Positions 50,605 to 61,222 are shown, numbered from the stretch's first letter. The stretch: DNA of 64,000 nt from Thermodesulfobacteriota bacterium (GCA_963675595.2 CAXXLZ010000002.1:2528001-2592000), one strand, 5' to 3'. Numbers and translations: made by a program. The notes: generated from the sequence alone by a model not told the origin.

Positions 50605-50640
50605 TCCCAAGGCCGGTGGGCGCGCCCACCGGCCTTGGGA
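50605..50640. repeat. 36-bp perfect palindrome after iorB
   Basis: TCCCAAGGCCGGTGGGCG|CGCCCACCGGCCTTGGGA. Confidence 0.8.
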
Positions 50641-50657
50641 CCCCAGGAAGGTGCGGC

Positions 50658-51056
50658 GTGAGCTTGTTCGACAAAATCCTTCAGCGAAAGCCAAAGAAGG
50701 GCATCGAGCCCAATCTCCTGTCCTTCTCCCATTTTCTCCAACTTTCCGAGCAGGAAATCGACGAGTTGATCCGAGAGAATCCCAAGTGGTTTCAGGAGCT
50801 ACCCTATGTCGGTGCCATGAGCAAGGAAGCGGCCCGCAAACTCGAAATTGAAAAACGGGCCATGTGGCGGCGCATTATCTATGACGCCAAGCGTTCCAAC
50901 CTCCCGGCCCTCAGATGGGAATGTTCCAAAGACGAGAGAGTGTGCCTACAATGTGCCGAGTTGTGCGGTCAGGTCTTCCAATTCGAGGACTACGAGAGGC
51001 TCGACGCGATTCGTATGCATGTGGGTTGCAGATGCAACCTGACGCCGGTGAGATAA
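50658..51056 (+). CDS. Hypothetical protein with phage minor-head (MuF)-like Cys/His motif
   Basis: W....DERVC..C..L.G..F........H..CRC at the C-terminus; GTG start with AGGAAGG RBS. Confidence 0.6.
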   Translation: MSLFDKILQRKPKKGIEPNLLSFSHFLQLSEQEIDELIRENPKWFQELPYVGAMSKEAARKLEIEKRAMWRRIIYDAKRSNLPALRWECSKDERVCLQCAELCGQVFQFEDYERLDAIRMHVGCRCNLTPVR

Positions 51057-51352
51057 ATCGGTTTTCGTTTTTTCCGCAGCCGCCTGTGCTGGATTTCCGA
51101 CGCAGGCGGAGTGCGTTCCATTGCTCCCATCCATTTGCCCGCCCGTTATGAGATATCGCGGCTCTTCTCAAACTAATAGACACTCCAAACCCCATCGGGA
51201 TAGGTCCAACCCTTTACTTGGATGCAGAATCGTAATAAACTGTTTCCCGTGCTGTCATTTCCCCGACTTTTTCACGCCATCCCGCAGACGGGAGAGAGAT
51301 TGTTTCCGGCACGCCACGCACTTGCCCACACGATGGAGAGGTTGCCAAGAGC

Positions 51353-52876
51353 ATGAACGGCAAAGTCCTGATTGTCGACGATGAGGCTGGAATTCGCAAA
51401 ATTCTGAAGATGCGTCTTGGAAATCAGGGCTACGAGATCCAAGAGGCGGAGAACGGACTCAGAGCCCTTCAGATTCTAAGAGACCACTCATTCGATGCCG
51501 TGCTGTGCGACATCAAGATGCCCGAAATGGACGGTCTTGAGATGATCAGTGAGCTGCGTACAACCGATACTCTTACTCCGGTGATTATGCTCACAGGTTT
51601 CATCGACCTGGAAACCGCCGTGGAGGTCATGAAGAAAGGCGCATTCGACTACCTCACCAAACCCATTCACAACGAGGCTCTGCTCCTGGCCGTGGAAAAG
51701 GCCGTCGATTTCAAGCGGGTCCTGTTCCGCAACAAACTCCTCGAAGAAGAAAAACAGCGCTACCACGAAGAGCTGAAAAGACGGGTGAACGAACAAACCC
51801 GAATCATCCGCGCTATGTTCGATCTGGCAAACCAATTGAACAGCCTCGATTCCCTCGACCTGGTATTGGAGAGCGTAATTGATGCGCTGCTCGAATTTAT
51901 CCCTTGCAGGCGTGTATGCATCATGCTCCTCGATACCGACGAAAGCATCTTGCGAATGGCTCGGTCGCGGGGCATCCCGGAAAAGTACAACACCGTACGG
52001 GATTCAATCCACGAGCCATTATGGTCCACTCTGTTTGAAAGAGGCGGCGTGCGGCTTGTGAATGCCGGGAGCGACTGGGGCGAAAGGCCGATGTCTCAGT
52101 GGATACAGCAGTTTCTGCCACACCCGTTCCTTCAGGCAGCACTGATGGGGCCCAAAAACAGGCTCGGAGTGATCAATCTGGCGGAAAAATCGAATTTATC
52201 ACCGTTTTCAGATGAAGATGCCGAGATTCTTTCTTATATCACCGCCTCCGCAGCAGTCGCCATCAACAACCAGTTCACGGAACAGAGGCTGGAAAACAGT
52301 TATTTGGCCACCATCAAAGCATTGGCGATGGCCATAGAAGCCAAAGACCCCTATACTCGCGGCCATTCAGAGAGAGTGGCGGACCTTTCCGTCCGAGTCG
52401 CTCGCCGATTGGGACTGAACGAAAAGCAGGTACGGGTGATGCGTTTCGCGGGGATCCTACATGATGTGGGCAAGATCGGTGTTCCCGGCAACATATTGAC
52501 CAAACCGGCCAGGCTCACGGTCGAGGAATTCGATCAAATTCGTCTTCACCCGGAAATCGGCGAACGAATGATTTTGGAAGCGGACTTCTTAAAGGAAGCC
52601 CGTCCGATCATCCGGCAGCACCATGAGAGAATCGATGGAACGGGCTATCCCGACGGTCTTGAAGGCGACGAAATCTGTACCGGAGCGAAAATCATGGCGG
52701 TGGCCGACGCCTATGACGCCATGACCACGGATCGGACCTACCGCACAGCCATGACCGCTCACCAAGCCGTGAAGGAACTGGTCCGGGTTTCCGGCACACA
52801 ATTGGACCCGGAGTGCGTACAAGCCCTCATCCTGGAGCTCCAAATACTCGAAGCGGGCTCCCTTCAGCACTCCTGA
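51353..52876 (+). CDS. REC-GAF-HD-GYP response regulator phosphodiesterase
   Basis: VDD..CDIKMP..K receiver, GAF, YTRGHSERV, HDVGKIG, HHERIDGTGYP. Confidence 0.93.
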   Translation: MNGKVLIVDDEAGIRKILKMRLGNQGYEIQEAENGLRALQILRDHSFDAVLCDIKMPEMDGLEMISELRTTDTLTPVIMLTGFIDLETAVEVMKKGAFDYLTKPIHNEALLLAVEKAVDFKRVLFRNKLLEEEKQRYHEELKRRVNEQTRIIRAMFDLANQLNSLDSLDLVLESVIDALLEFIPCRRVCIMLLDTDESILRMARSRGIPEKYNTVRDSIHEPLWSTLFERGGVRLVNAGSDWGERPMSQWIQQFLPHPFLQAALMGPKNRLGVINLAEKSNLSPFSDEDAEILSYITASAAVAINNQFTEQRLENSYLATIKALAMAIEAKDPYTRGHSERVADLSVRVARRLGLNEKQVRVMRFAGILHDVGKIGVPGNILTKPARLTVEEFDQIRLHPEIGERMILEADFLKEARPIIRQHHERIDGTGYPDGLEGDEICTGAKIMAVADAYDAMTTDRTYRTAMTAHQAVKELVRVSGTQLDPECVQALILELQILEAGSLQHS

Positions 52877-53087
52877 GAGCTCCGATTCCCACCATTAGGC
52901 TAATACCCGCCACACCCGAGTGCTCGTACGGTCTTGATCGCCACTGCTCCGTCAGGCTCAATGTTTTCCGTTCTTGAAAATAGTCGGCGAGAATCGCCTT
53001 CGGTTTCAGGCGCAACAACACGCAACCCGGCCTCAGACGAATACGGTTCCGAGGTCGCTCCCGGCTTCCGATCAGCCTTTTCCAGGA

Positions 53088-53981
53088 TCAGTGGAGGCGT
53101 TCTTTCCCGGCGAATCCGGGCATTTCGATGCGATGGAGCGAGAGCTTTCGCCCCCCACGAAGGAGAGAATTGAGCAAGGTTTCGGCCTCTTCAAATGCAT
53201 CATGGACCAGTTTCTGTTTGAGCTCTATGGCGGATTTGAGCAGCTTGATTGAATTCTCCATCTCTTCGAGTTCCGCATACACGATGGCCAGGTTGTAGTA
53301 AAGATGGGGATCGAACGGATTAACTTCGAGCGCACGATGGTAGGACTCGATGGCCTTTTCATACATGTTTAGTCTTCTAAGATTGATTCCGTATTCATTG
53401 AACAAATGTTTGTGCTCTTCGATGTAAAGCTCAGGGTTATTGGAAAGCTCATCGAAGATCATTCGCGCCTCTTCAAAACGCTCCAACTTGAATAAGGTCT
53501 TTCCCTTACCCAGATTTGCCTCAACATTCTTGTCGTCAATCCTGAGAGCGCTGTCATATTCATATTCCGCGCTGTAATACTCTTCTTCTTGGTAATGTCT
53601 GTTACCCGCGCGAATATGTGCATTGAGCATGCTCAACTTCATAATCAGTTTGGGATATTCATCAATATCCTCACAGATCAATTTGCATTGGGCCGCCTGC
53701 TCGACGTTGATCCGGTCGTGAAGTTCCAGGAGCCTGCCGGCGTAATCAATGACCTGAGCGCGGATCAGTCCTTCCTCATCGCGACGAAAGTCCCGAATAT
53801 AGTAGTCGATCACGTGAGTACTCTTCTTGGTGGTCTCCGCAGTCCCAATGGTGGAGGTTATGGTCAATCTGTACACACCGGCCGGTCTTCCGTTTAGAGC
53901 CGATATCAGAGTATCTTGATCCACCGTGCCGCACCTCGCGGCCCCGGATTTCGTCTTTCTTTTCTTTTCCATCTCGGCCAT
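53088..53981 (-). CDS. TPR-containing protein
   Basis: C-terminal TPRs (HKHLFNEYGI.LR, D.HLYYNLA); N-terminal IGT..TT motif. Confidence 0.85.
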   Translation of the reverse strand: MAEMEKKRKTKSGAARCGTVDQDTLISALNGRPAGVYRLTITSTIGTAETTKKSTHVIDYYIRDFRRDEEGLIRAQVIDYAGRLLELHDRINVEQAAQCKLICEDIDEYPKLIMKLSMLNAHIRAGNRHYQEEEYYSAEYEYDSALRIDDKNVEANLGKGKTLFKLERFEEARMIFDELSNNPELYIEEHKHLFNEYGINLRRLNMYEKAIESYHRALEVNPFDPHLYYNLAIVYAELEEMENSIKLLKSAIELKQKLVHDAFEEAETLLNSLLRGGRKLSLHRIEMPGFAGKERLH

Positions 53982-54143
53982 ACATCCTTCTCGATAAAGG
54001 TGTAGCCAACACAGATTGCTCGGAAGGCATCACGAACCGCGAAGAAGTCTTTAAAATCCCGAGTTCGCCTGGGACTGCACTGCATATATCCGGCCTTCCG
54101 GTGCCGCACCTGAGTGCGGGATATTCTCCGCCATGCTGAACCT

Positions 54144-55337
54144 TCAACCACTCATTGCCGAGTACGCGGGCCTCGCCCCATCCGCCATGCAGGACTTGAT
54201 GCGATCAAGAAGTTGGGCCGCTTCGGAAAAACCCGGGTTGAGCTCCACCGCTTGTGAGAGCGCCCGAATGGAGGCGTCGGCCTCTCTGGCTTCCAGATGA
54301 GCCACCCCCATATTGTAGTACAGATTCGCGTCATCCGGGGAAACTCGAAGGGCTTTCCTGTAATTGTCTATGGCCGCTTTGTACTTCCCCTGTTTCCTGT
54401 AGGCGATACCCAATTGATTGTACACGTGAGACACTTCGGGATTGAGGTTGGTCGAGGCCTCGAAGGCGGTTTCCGCTTCTTGGTTCAGGCCCGCCCGCAG
54501 GTAGGCTTCGCCGATTCGGGTTTCAAGTTCGGCATTGGCGGGAAAATGTTTGCGAGCGGCCCGAAACACATCATGGGCCTTTTCCAGTTCCCCCGCCTCC
54601 AACAAAGCCGATCCGTAAGCAACCTGACGATCCGGGTTCAGAGGACTCTTGCTCACCGCTTGGGCCAGCAGATTCAGCGCTTCTCCCTCGTTTCCGTTTT
54701 TCTTGAGAAGCTCGGCCATGGAGTCATAGGCCTTGACGTAATTCGGGGCCAACTCCAGCGCTCGCTTGAGGCGATTCACCGCCTCCGTATTCTCCCCTTT
54801 CGCCGCAAGTGCCTCGCCCATAAAGAAATGGACACGAGGACTGTCTTCATCCTCATTCAAGGCCCGCTCGAAATCCACCAGGGCGCCCTCGACATCACCG
54901 GATTCGAGTTTCCGGCTCCCGGACTTGATCAATACGTCGATGGTTGTTGGATTTTTGCGCCTGTCCAAAATGGACTCAAGCTTGCCGATCAGTGTTGATG
55001 CCTTAAACGGCTTGATGATGTATCCGTCGACGTCCGTCTCCAATGCCTGCATCACGGTGTGCTCGTTGACTTCGGCCGTCACCATGAGAAAAGGCATTTC
55101 CTTGAAATCGTCCTTTTCTCGAATGGCCTGCAAGACCTCAACGCCCTTCATTCTCGGCATGTTCCAGTCGCAGATCACCATATCGATACCGCCCGTTTCG
55201 ATCTTCCGGAGAGCTTCGTCCCCGTCGCCCGCACCAACCACGTCATCATAACCTGCGGTTTTCAGCATATGGCTGATGGTCAATCGCATTTTGAGGTGGT
55301 CGTCCACTACCAGAATCTTCATTTGCTTCCTGCTCAC
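54144..55337 (-). CDS. CheY-like response regulator with TPR output
   Basis: VVDD, CDWNMP, MVTAE, KPF followed by multiple TPRs. Confidence 0.92.
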   Translation of the reverse strand: MSRKQMKILVVDDHLKMRLTISHMLKTAGYDDVVGAGDGDEALRKIETGGIDMVICDWNMPRMKGVEVLQAIREKDDFKEMPFLMVTAEVNEHTVMQALETDVDGYIIKPFKASTLIGKLESILDRRKNPTTIDVLIKSGSRKLESGDVEGALVDFERALNEDEDSPRVHFFMGEALAAKGENTEAVNRLKRALELAPNYVKAYDSMAELLKKNGNEGEALNLLAQAVSKSPLNPDRQVAYGSALLEAGELEKAHDVFRAARKHFPANAELETRIGEAYLRAGLNQEAETAFEASTNLNPEVSHVYNQLGIAYRKQGKYKAAIDNYRKALRVSPDDANLYYNMGVAHLEAREADASIRALSQAVELNPGFSEAAQLLDRIKSCMADGARPAYSAMSG

Positions 55338-55406
55338 AACAATTCTCCTCGCAAACTTCGTGGAGCAGAATGGGACTTCGCCCGCCCCACCGGAGTGCTT
55401 CTCCCG

Positions 55407-55832
55407 TCACGCTGCGGGAGTTTCATATCGATTCGTTGGGGAAGATGCGGGACAGTCGGTATAATTCAGCAACGCACTCACCGCATCTTCAATTTCTTCA
55501 GCACGAAAGGGTTTTCTCACGAAATCGTGAACCCCCACTTCCATGGCCGCATAGGCCACATCGTCGTTGATATAGGCCGTGATGAGAATCTTCACCGCCT
55601 CCGGCTGCAAGCGGCGGATCAGGTTAAAAAACATCAGACCGTCCATATCGGGCAACCAGTAGTCGCAAATAATGACGTCAAAGTATTCGTTTCTTAACGC
55701 GTTCATCGCCTCTTCCGCGGAATCGAACGACGTGAGTGAGTACCCCTGGAGACTGAAAAACAGGTCCAGTGATTCGCGAACGCCCTTGTCGTCGTCGACA
55801 AGCAGAGTCTTCCTTGTGCATAGTGGTCTCAT
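55407..55832 (-). CDS. Single-domain response regulator
   Basis: VDDD, CDYWLPDMDG, ITAY, KPF. Confidence 0.9.
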   Translation of the reverse strand: MRPLCTRKTLLVDDDKGVRESLDLFFSLQGYSLTSFDSAEEAMNALRNEYFDVIICDYWLPDMDGLMFFNLIRRLQPEAVKILITAYINDDVAYAAMEVGVHDFVRKPFRAEEIEDAVSALLNYTDCPASSPTNRYETPAA

Positions 55833-55893
55833 CCAAGCTCTCCGAGCCGTCCCGCTTTCGGGGTTACCGTGTTCTCACTTCTCTCCGCCATAG

Positions 55894-55909
55894 AGCACGA
55901 AGCATGCCA
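55894..55909 (-). promoter_or_regulatory. Putative sigma-54 (-24/-12) promoter
   Basis: Minus strand TGGCATGCTTCGTGCT has GG and GC 10 nt apart, about 60 nt upstream of the REC gene. Confidence 0.6.
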
Positions 55910-56393
55910 CAAAGCTCATCTCCATAACCTACCGAAACCCATCCAATTATTCGTCCAAGACTTCGATAGGAACTGGATGATCTGCAAGTTTTCCCACACT
56001 CGGAACTGCAAGAATTTGCAGATCGCCCCCCGACCATTCCAACACCCTGTATTTTGGGAAGTTTTTCGGAGAGTTGATGCGCCGGCCTACCGTTGCAAAA
56101 CGATGAGGCGCCGATTTGGCGAAATCCGAGACGTCAGGCTTCACTAAGTATGAGGAATGGACGAGACACTCGTCTTCGAAGAGCTGTTCCGTTGCGATCC
56201 CTCAGCGGGATTTTCCGGAAGTATGAGAAAATATCAACATGATCGCGGGAGGGCGTCCGGTCCTCGGCTCTCTATGGATATTCACGCGAGAGAAGCGAGG
56301 GATCACGGTAAGGGGAAAGGTGGAGACTCGCAAACAAGGACCAAGAAAGCCGACGCCTTCGGCGTTTGACGGCCGGCTTGCGGATTCTCCGAC

Positions 56394-57782
56394 TCAGCTG
56401 TTGAGAAGCTTTTTTCTTCGATACCGAAAGGTGGAGTAGTTCATGCCCAGCAGCCGGGCTGCTCTGCTTTCATTATTTCCTGCCAATGTAAGCGCGTCCA
56501 GGATGTAGGTTTTTTCCACCCTGGTGAGGGTCGAGGCCATATCCAAGCCTTCTTCCGTGAGGGGCGGTGCAACTCCTCCGTCCGTGCCCGGCTTCCTTTC
56601 TTCACTCTTCGCCGCCTGATCCAGTCCCAGGTCTTGAGGGGAAATCAGCGGGCCCGGCGCAATCAACGCCGTCTTTTCGACGGTGTTTCGTAGTTCTCTG
56701 ACATTCCCTCGCCAGTGTACACGTTCCAACAACTTCTCCGCCTCGGGATCAAATCCGGAGAATGACTTTCCGAATTTCTTGCCGAATTCCAGCAGAAAAT
56801 ATCTAGCAATGGGGACAATATCCTCTTTTCTCCTGTCCAACGAAGGAATCTCCACGGTAACCACTCCAAGCCTGAAGTAGAGATCCTCACGAAAAAGCCC
56901 GTTTTCGATCATAGCTTGCAGATTCTTATTTGTCGCTGAAACCAGCCTGGTGCGAACCTGAAGTTTGCGGGATCCACCCAGACGATAGAACTCACCGGTC
57001 TCCAGAAATCGAAGTAACTTGGCTTGAGCCTCGAAATTCAAATCACCGATTTCGTCCAGAAAGAGCGTTCCACCGGCAGCCTCCTCCACGAGTCCTTTTT
57101 TGCCGGATGTCTTGGCACCGCTGAAAGCGCCCTTTTCATATCCGAAGAGCTCGCTTTCCATGAGTTCTTTAGGAATACCGGCACAGTTGACCGGCACAAG
57201 GTGGCCCTTGAAATTGGGGCTTCGAAAATGAATGGCTCCGGCGATAAGCTCTTTACCCGTCCCGGATTCGCCTAAGATGAGCACCGGGGTATCCGGGCTC
57301 TTCGCCACGGTTTCGACAAACTGCATCACGTCCTGAATCGCTTTGCTCTCTCCAATGAAGCACGGTACGTTTTCGCGGAGGAATTTCTCCTGCAGGGTCT
57401 GAACTTCTTTCTTGAGACGGATGCTTTCGAGGGCCCGGTCGATGCCGGCCTCCAAGGTATCCATATGGATGGGTTTGACTACGTAGTCGTAGGCCCCTTG
57501 CTTCATTGCCGAGACCACGGTCGAGACGTCTTCGTAGGCCGTAATCATGACAACCAGGATCTCCGGCCATTTTTTTCGAATGCGTTCCAGCGCTTCAATT
57601 CCACTCATGCCGGGCAGTCCGATGTCCAGGAGTACCAGATCGGGGCGTTCCTCTTCCATGGCCTTCAAAGCGGGCTCGGCGGAAGTGAAGGTTTTGACCC
57701 GATGCCTCCCTTCAAGGAGCATCCGAATACCCTCGGCCAGCGCGGCTTCATCGTCGACGACATACACCGTATATTGCATCAT
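56394..57782 (-). CDS. NtrC-family sigma-54 response regulator
   Basis: [38 protein letters not shown] and Fis-type HTH. Confidence 0.95.
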   Translation of the reverse strand: MMQYTVYVVDDEAALAEGIRMLLEGRHRVKTFTSAEPALKAMEEERPDLVLLDIGLPGMSGIEALERIRKKWPEILVVMITAYEDVSTVVSAMKQGAYDYVVKPIHMDTLEAGIDRALESIRLKKEVQTLQEKFLRENVPCFIGESKAIQDVMQFVETVAKSPDTPVLILGESGTGKELIAGAIHFRSPNFKGHLVPVNCAGIPKELMESELFGYEKGAFSGAKTSGKKGLVEEAAGGTLFLDEIGDLNFEAQAKLLRFLETGEFYRLGGSRKLQVRTRLVSATNKNLQAMIENGLFREDLYFRLGVVTVEIPSLDRRKEDIVPIARYFLLEFGKKFGKSFSGFDPEAEKLLERVHWRGNVRELRNTVEKTALIAPGPLISPQDLGLDQAAKSEERKPGTDGGVAPPLTEEGLDMASTLTRVEKTYILDALTLAGNNESRAARLLGMNYSTFRYRRKKLLNS

Positions 57783-59473
57783 CGCGCCGTTCGTCTCTTC
57801 TCAATTGGGAGTTCTATCAGGAATTGGGCTCCGCCCAACGGACCGCGTGAAACTTTCAGGTACCCCCCATGATCGGTTACGATGCGGTGGCTGATCGTAA
57901 GCCCGATGCCCGATCCGAAGCTCTTTGTGGTGAAGAACGGATCGAAGATTTTCTTCATCATGCCTTTGGGCACACCCGGTCCGGAATCGGAAACGCCGAT
58001 CCGAACCCAGTTGTCTTCCATCGACGACGAAACCGCTATTCGTCTCTCGCTTCCACTCACTTTGAGAGCCTCGGCCGCGTTGTTGATGAGATTCAACAAT
58101 ACCTGCATGAGAAGTTTCGGGTCGGCGAAACATTCAGGTAGATCGGCGGCCAGGGAAGTCTCCAAGCGAATTCCCATCTTTCGGAGCGCCGATTCGGAAA
58201 GTTGAATCGTTTCTTGGACCGTGCCGTTGATATCGGTGGGGACCAGTTGAGGTGATCCCGGCTTGGAGAAATCCATGACCTTCTTAATGACCGATTCGAT
58301 ACGGTCCGAAGCACTCCCGATTTCGCCGATAACCCGTCTGCAATCTCCCAACCGTTCGTGCTCGCCGACTTCCACTTGCTCGAGTATTCTCCGAAGGGTG
58401 CTCAAATAGACGTTGATGGTGGACAGGGGGTTCCGGATTTCATGGGCGATGCCCGCGGCCACACGACCGAGCGCGCTCATCTTGTCCCGAATTCTCACCA
58501 AGTATTCGAGCTCTTTGGTCCGGGTGACATCCACCAGGTTGAGCAACAACGCCGGCCGGCCTTGATACTCGATCCGGCTTCCACGGCACTGAACCCATCG
58601 CACCTCGGAATCCTCTTCGGGTCCCGACATCATCCGGCATTCAACGCCTTCCGACGACCCCTCACCGGCTTCAAGGCTCGCCATAAAAGCTCTGACCGCT
58701 TCCAGGTCCTTCGGATGAACGACTCGAAACAACTCGGGCAGGTCCCCCCCGTTTTCAACGGCATCTTTCAGAACGGGAAGCTTGAGATTTCTGTAGGCGA
58801 TTCGATGATCCCGAACAATCAAAATGTCTACCGGGGAGTCCTCCACCAAGTTCCTGAAACGACTTTCGCTCTCTCGAAGCGCATGTTCCACCTGCACCCG
58901 TTCCTCGATTTCCCTTTCCAGGTCTCGGATGGCGCGTGTAAGATCGACCGTGCGTTCTTCCACCAGTTCTTCGAGCAAGTCACGGTACTTCCGAAGTTCA
59001 TTTTGGGCTCTGATAAGTTCGGTGATGTCATGCAGGGAGCCCAGCAACGCCGGTGTGCCTTCCCACAGCACATTGGACAAGGAACACCGCACCCAATTGA
59101 GATCGCCGTTTTTGTGCAGCAAACGAAACTCTCTTGCCGACTCGCGAGAGTCGGCATAAGAAATCGAAGGATGCGAAGAGGAATATCTCAGCCGATCCGC
59201 AGGGTGCACCAATTCAGAAAATGGGAGAGATTTCAGCTCCTCCTCCCCATAACCTAAACACTCAAGGGCATAGGGATTGGCATAAAGAATCGCGTCGGCC
59301 TGGACAAGCAGAATACCCTGCCTGGAGGACTCAGCGGCAAGCCGATACAGTTCCCCCCGCAGCTCTTCCGAAACGTAACCCGGATGGTCCGATTGAGGCA
59401 TTTCGGAACCAATGTCCTTATCCGTTGCGTTCTTTGCTTCCACTTCGTCGGGCTTCTGCTCGGATCGATGCAT
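57779..59473 (-). CDS. Two-PAS sensor histidine kinase (NtrB-like)
   Basis: PAS domains, AHEIRNPL, NL..NA.EA, DSGPG, FFTTK..GSGIGL; overlaps the regulator start. Confidence 0.93.
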   Translation of the reverse strand: MHRSEQKPDEVEAKNATDKDIGSEMPQSDHPGYVSEELRGELYRLAAESSRQGILLVQADAILYANPYALECLGYGEEELKSLPFSELVHPADRLRYSSSHPSISYADSRESAREFRLLHKNGDLNWVRCSLSNVLWEGTPALLGSLHDITELIRAQNELRKYRDLLEELVEERTVDLTRAIRDLEREIEERVQVEHALRESESRFRNLVEDSPVDILIVRDHRIAYRNLKLPVLKDAVENGGDLPELFRVVHPKDLEAVRAFMASLEAGEGSSEGVECRMMSGPEEDSEVRWVQCRGSRIEYQGRPALLLNLVDVTRTKELEYLVRIRDKMSALGRVAAGIAHEIRNPLSTINVYLSTLRRILEQVEVGEHERLGDCRRVIGEIGSASDRIESVIKKVMDFSKPGSPQLVPTDINGTVQETIQLSESALRKMGIRLETSLAADLPECFADPKLLMQVLLNLINNAAEALKVSGSERRIAVSSSMEDNWVRIGVSDSGPGVPKGMMKKIFDPFFTTKSFGSGIGLTISHRIVTDHGGYLKVSRGPLGGAQFLIELPIEKRRTAR

Positions 59474-59893
59474 GACCCCTGTTCCCCTCGACCGGCAAAC
59501 CGGCGATCTGACGGAGCTTCCCGACAGGAAGCTCAACCCGCTCAGGCGCGTGGTTCTCAAAATAGAACGAGGCGACACGGTTTTCAAGGCATGCTCGATT
59601 CTACGGCCGGGAATCCACCCGAATCTCGACCGGTCCCCACCGTAAGCAATTGGAGCGGCAGCTCTTCACCTTACGGATTGAAGCGCCTTGAAGGGGTTTT
59701 TGTAAAACTCCGACGCTTCTGTTATAAGACATGAAACCGGGCTGCGGGCCGGGGACGTAGAATCGTGAACGCATTGACCGGATGGACTCCCCGGAAACGC
59801 CTTTCATATCCTTTGTCCGACTTCCCAAAGCTCGATCCGCACCCGAGGTGCGACCGACGACGTATCTTGATACTCCTCACGGCACTCGATGAT

Positions 59894-61222
59894 ATGCTCA
59901 ACTCCGAACGACCAGCCGATCTCAGCCCTCGGTCCATTCCCCTGGCCCAGCGCATGCGTCCTCGGACGATGGAGGAATTCGTGGGCCAACGGCAGCTGCT
60001 CGGCCCCGGGAAAGCGCTTCGAAACCTGTTGGAACATCCTCGCAGGGCGTCTTTGATCCTGTGGGGCCCGCCCGGTTCGGGAAAGACCACCCTGTGTCGT
60101 CTGCTCGGAAATCGTATGGGCGGAAAAATCTTCATGCTGTCCGCGGTCATGGCGGGTATCAAAGAATTCCGAAACGTGGTGGAAGAAGCCCAAGGAGACC
60201 GCGATAAGGCCTCCCTCCTGTTCGTAGATGAGATTCATCGGTGGAACAAAGCACAGCAGGATGCACTCCTACCCCACCTGGAGAGCGGTTTGCTGACCCT
60301 TTTAGGGGCCACCACTCAGAATCCTTCCTTCGAAGTGATTCCACCCCTCCTTTCGAGGTGCCGTGTGTACACCCTGGAGCCTCTTACTTTGGAAGAGATC
60401 TCCGAGATTGTACGCAGAGCCTTCAACGACAAGGAGCGCGGGTTGGGAACCGAGGGCATCGAAATGGACGAGGAGGTTCCAAGCGCCATTGCGGGAATGA
60501 GTGGAGGCGATGCGCGTGTGGCGCTGAACCAGCTCGAACTGGCCGCCGGGGCGGCGACCTCGGGTGTGGACTCTCACCAACGCTTAAACCTGGACACTTT
60601 GGCCGCAGTCATTCAAGAAAGACCTCCGGGATACGACAAAGGAGGAGAAGATCACTACAACCTGATTTCCGCGTTCATCAAGAGCATGCGGGGAAGTGAT
60701 CCCGATGCGGCCGTCTACTGGCTCGCGCGCATGCTCAAGGCCGGCGCCGACCCACGATTCATCGCGCGTCGGATGATGATCCTGGCATCCGAGGATGTGG
60801 GAAATGCCGACCCTCGGGGCCTCCAGGTCGCCGTGGCCGCTTTCCAGGCCTTTGAGATCGTGGGCTTGCCCGAGGGTTTTCTTCCTCTGGCCCACGCGGC
60901 CGTTTACCTAGCCGGCGCCCCGAAAAGTAATGCAGTATACAAGGCTTACCGGGAAGCGGAAAAAGCCGTGGACACTCACGGTTCTCTCCCGGTCCCCCTT
61001 CATCTCCGAAACGCGCCCACCGGCCTCCTCAAACGGCTGGGATACGGACGAGACTACAGATATGATCACGATTACGAGCACGCCTATTCCGGTCAGACTC
61101 ACCTGCCCTCTGAAATTGAGTCCTCCGTGTTTTATCGCCCTTCGGTGCGAGGCTATGAAAAGAAGATTGGTGAATGGCTCAAATGGCTGAAACAGAGAGT
61201 GTCTTCGCGGACCAACACATAA
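59894..61222 (+). CDS. rarA: Replication-associated recombination protein A
   Basis: PLA.RMRP, WGPPGSGKTT, DEIHR.NK.QQD, YDK.GE.HY..ISAF.KSMRGSDPD. Confidence 0.96.
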   Translation: MLNSERPADLSPRSIPLAQRMRPRTMEEFVGQRQLLGPGKALRNLLEHPRRASLILWGPPGSGKTTLCRLLGNRMGGKIFMLSAVMAGIKEFRNVVEEAQGDRDKASLLFVDEIHRWNKAQQDALLPHLESGLLTLLGATTQNPSFEVIPPLLSRCRVYTLEPLTLEEISEIVRRAFNDKERGLGTEGIEMDEEVPSAIAGMSGGDARVALNQLELAAGAATSGVDSHQRLNLDTLAAVIQERPPGYDKGGEDHYNLISAFIKSMRGSDPDAAVYWLARMLKAGADPRFIARRMMILASEDVGNADPRGLQVAVAAFQAFEIVGLPEGFLPLAHAAVYLAGAPKSNAVYKAYREAEKAVDTHGSLPVPLHLRNAPTGLLKRLGYGRDYRYDHDYEHAYSGQTHLPSEIESSVFYRPSVRGYEKKIGEWLKWLKQRVSSRTNT

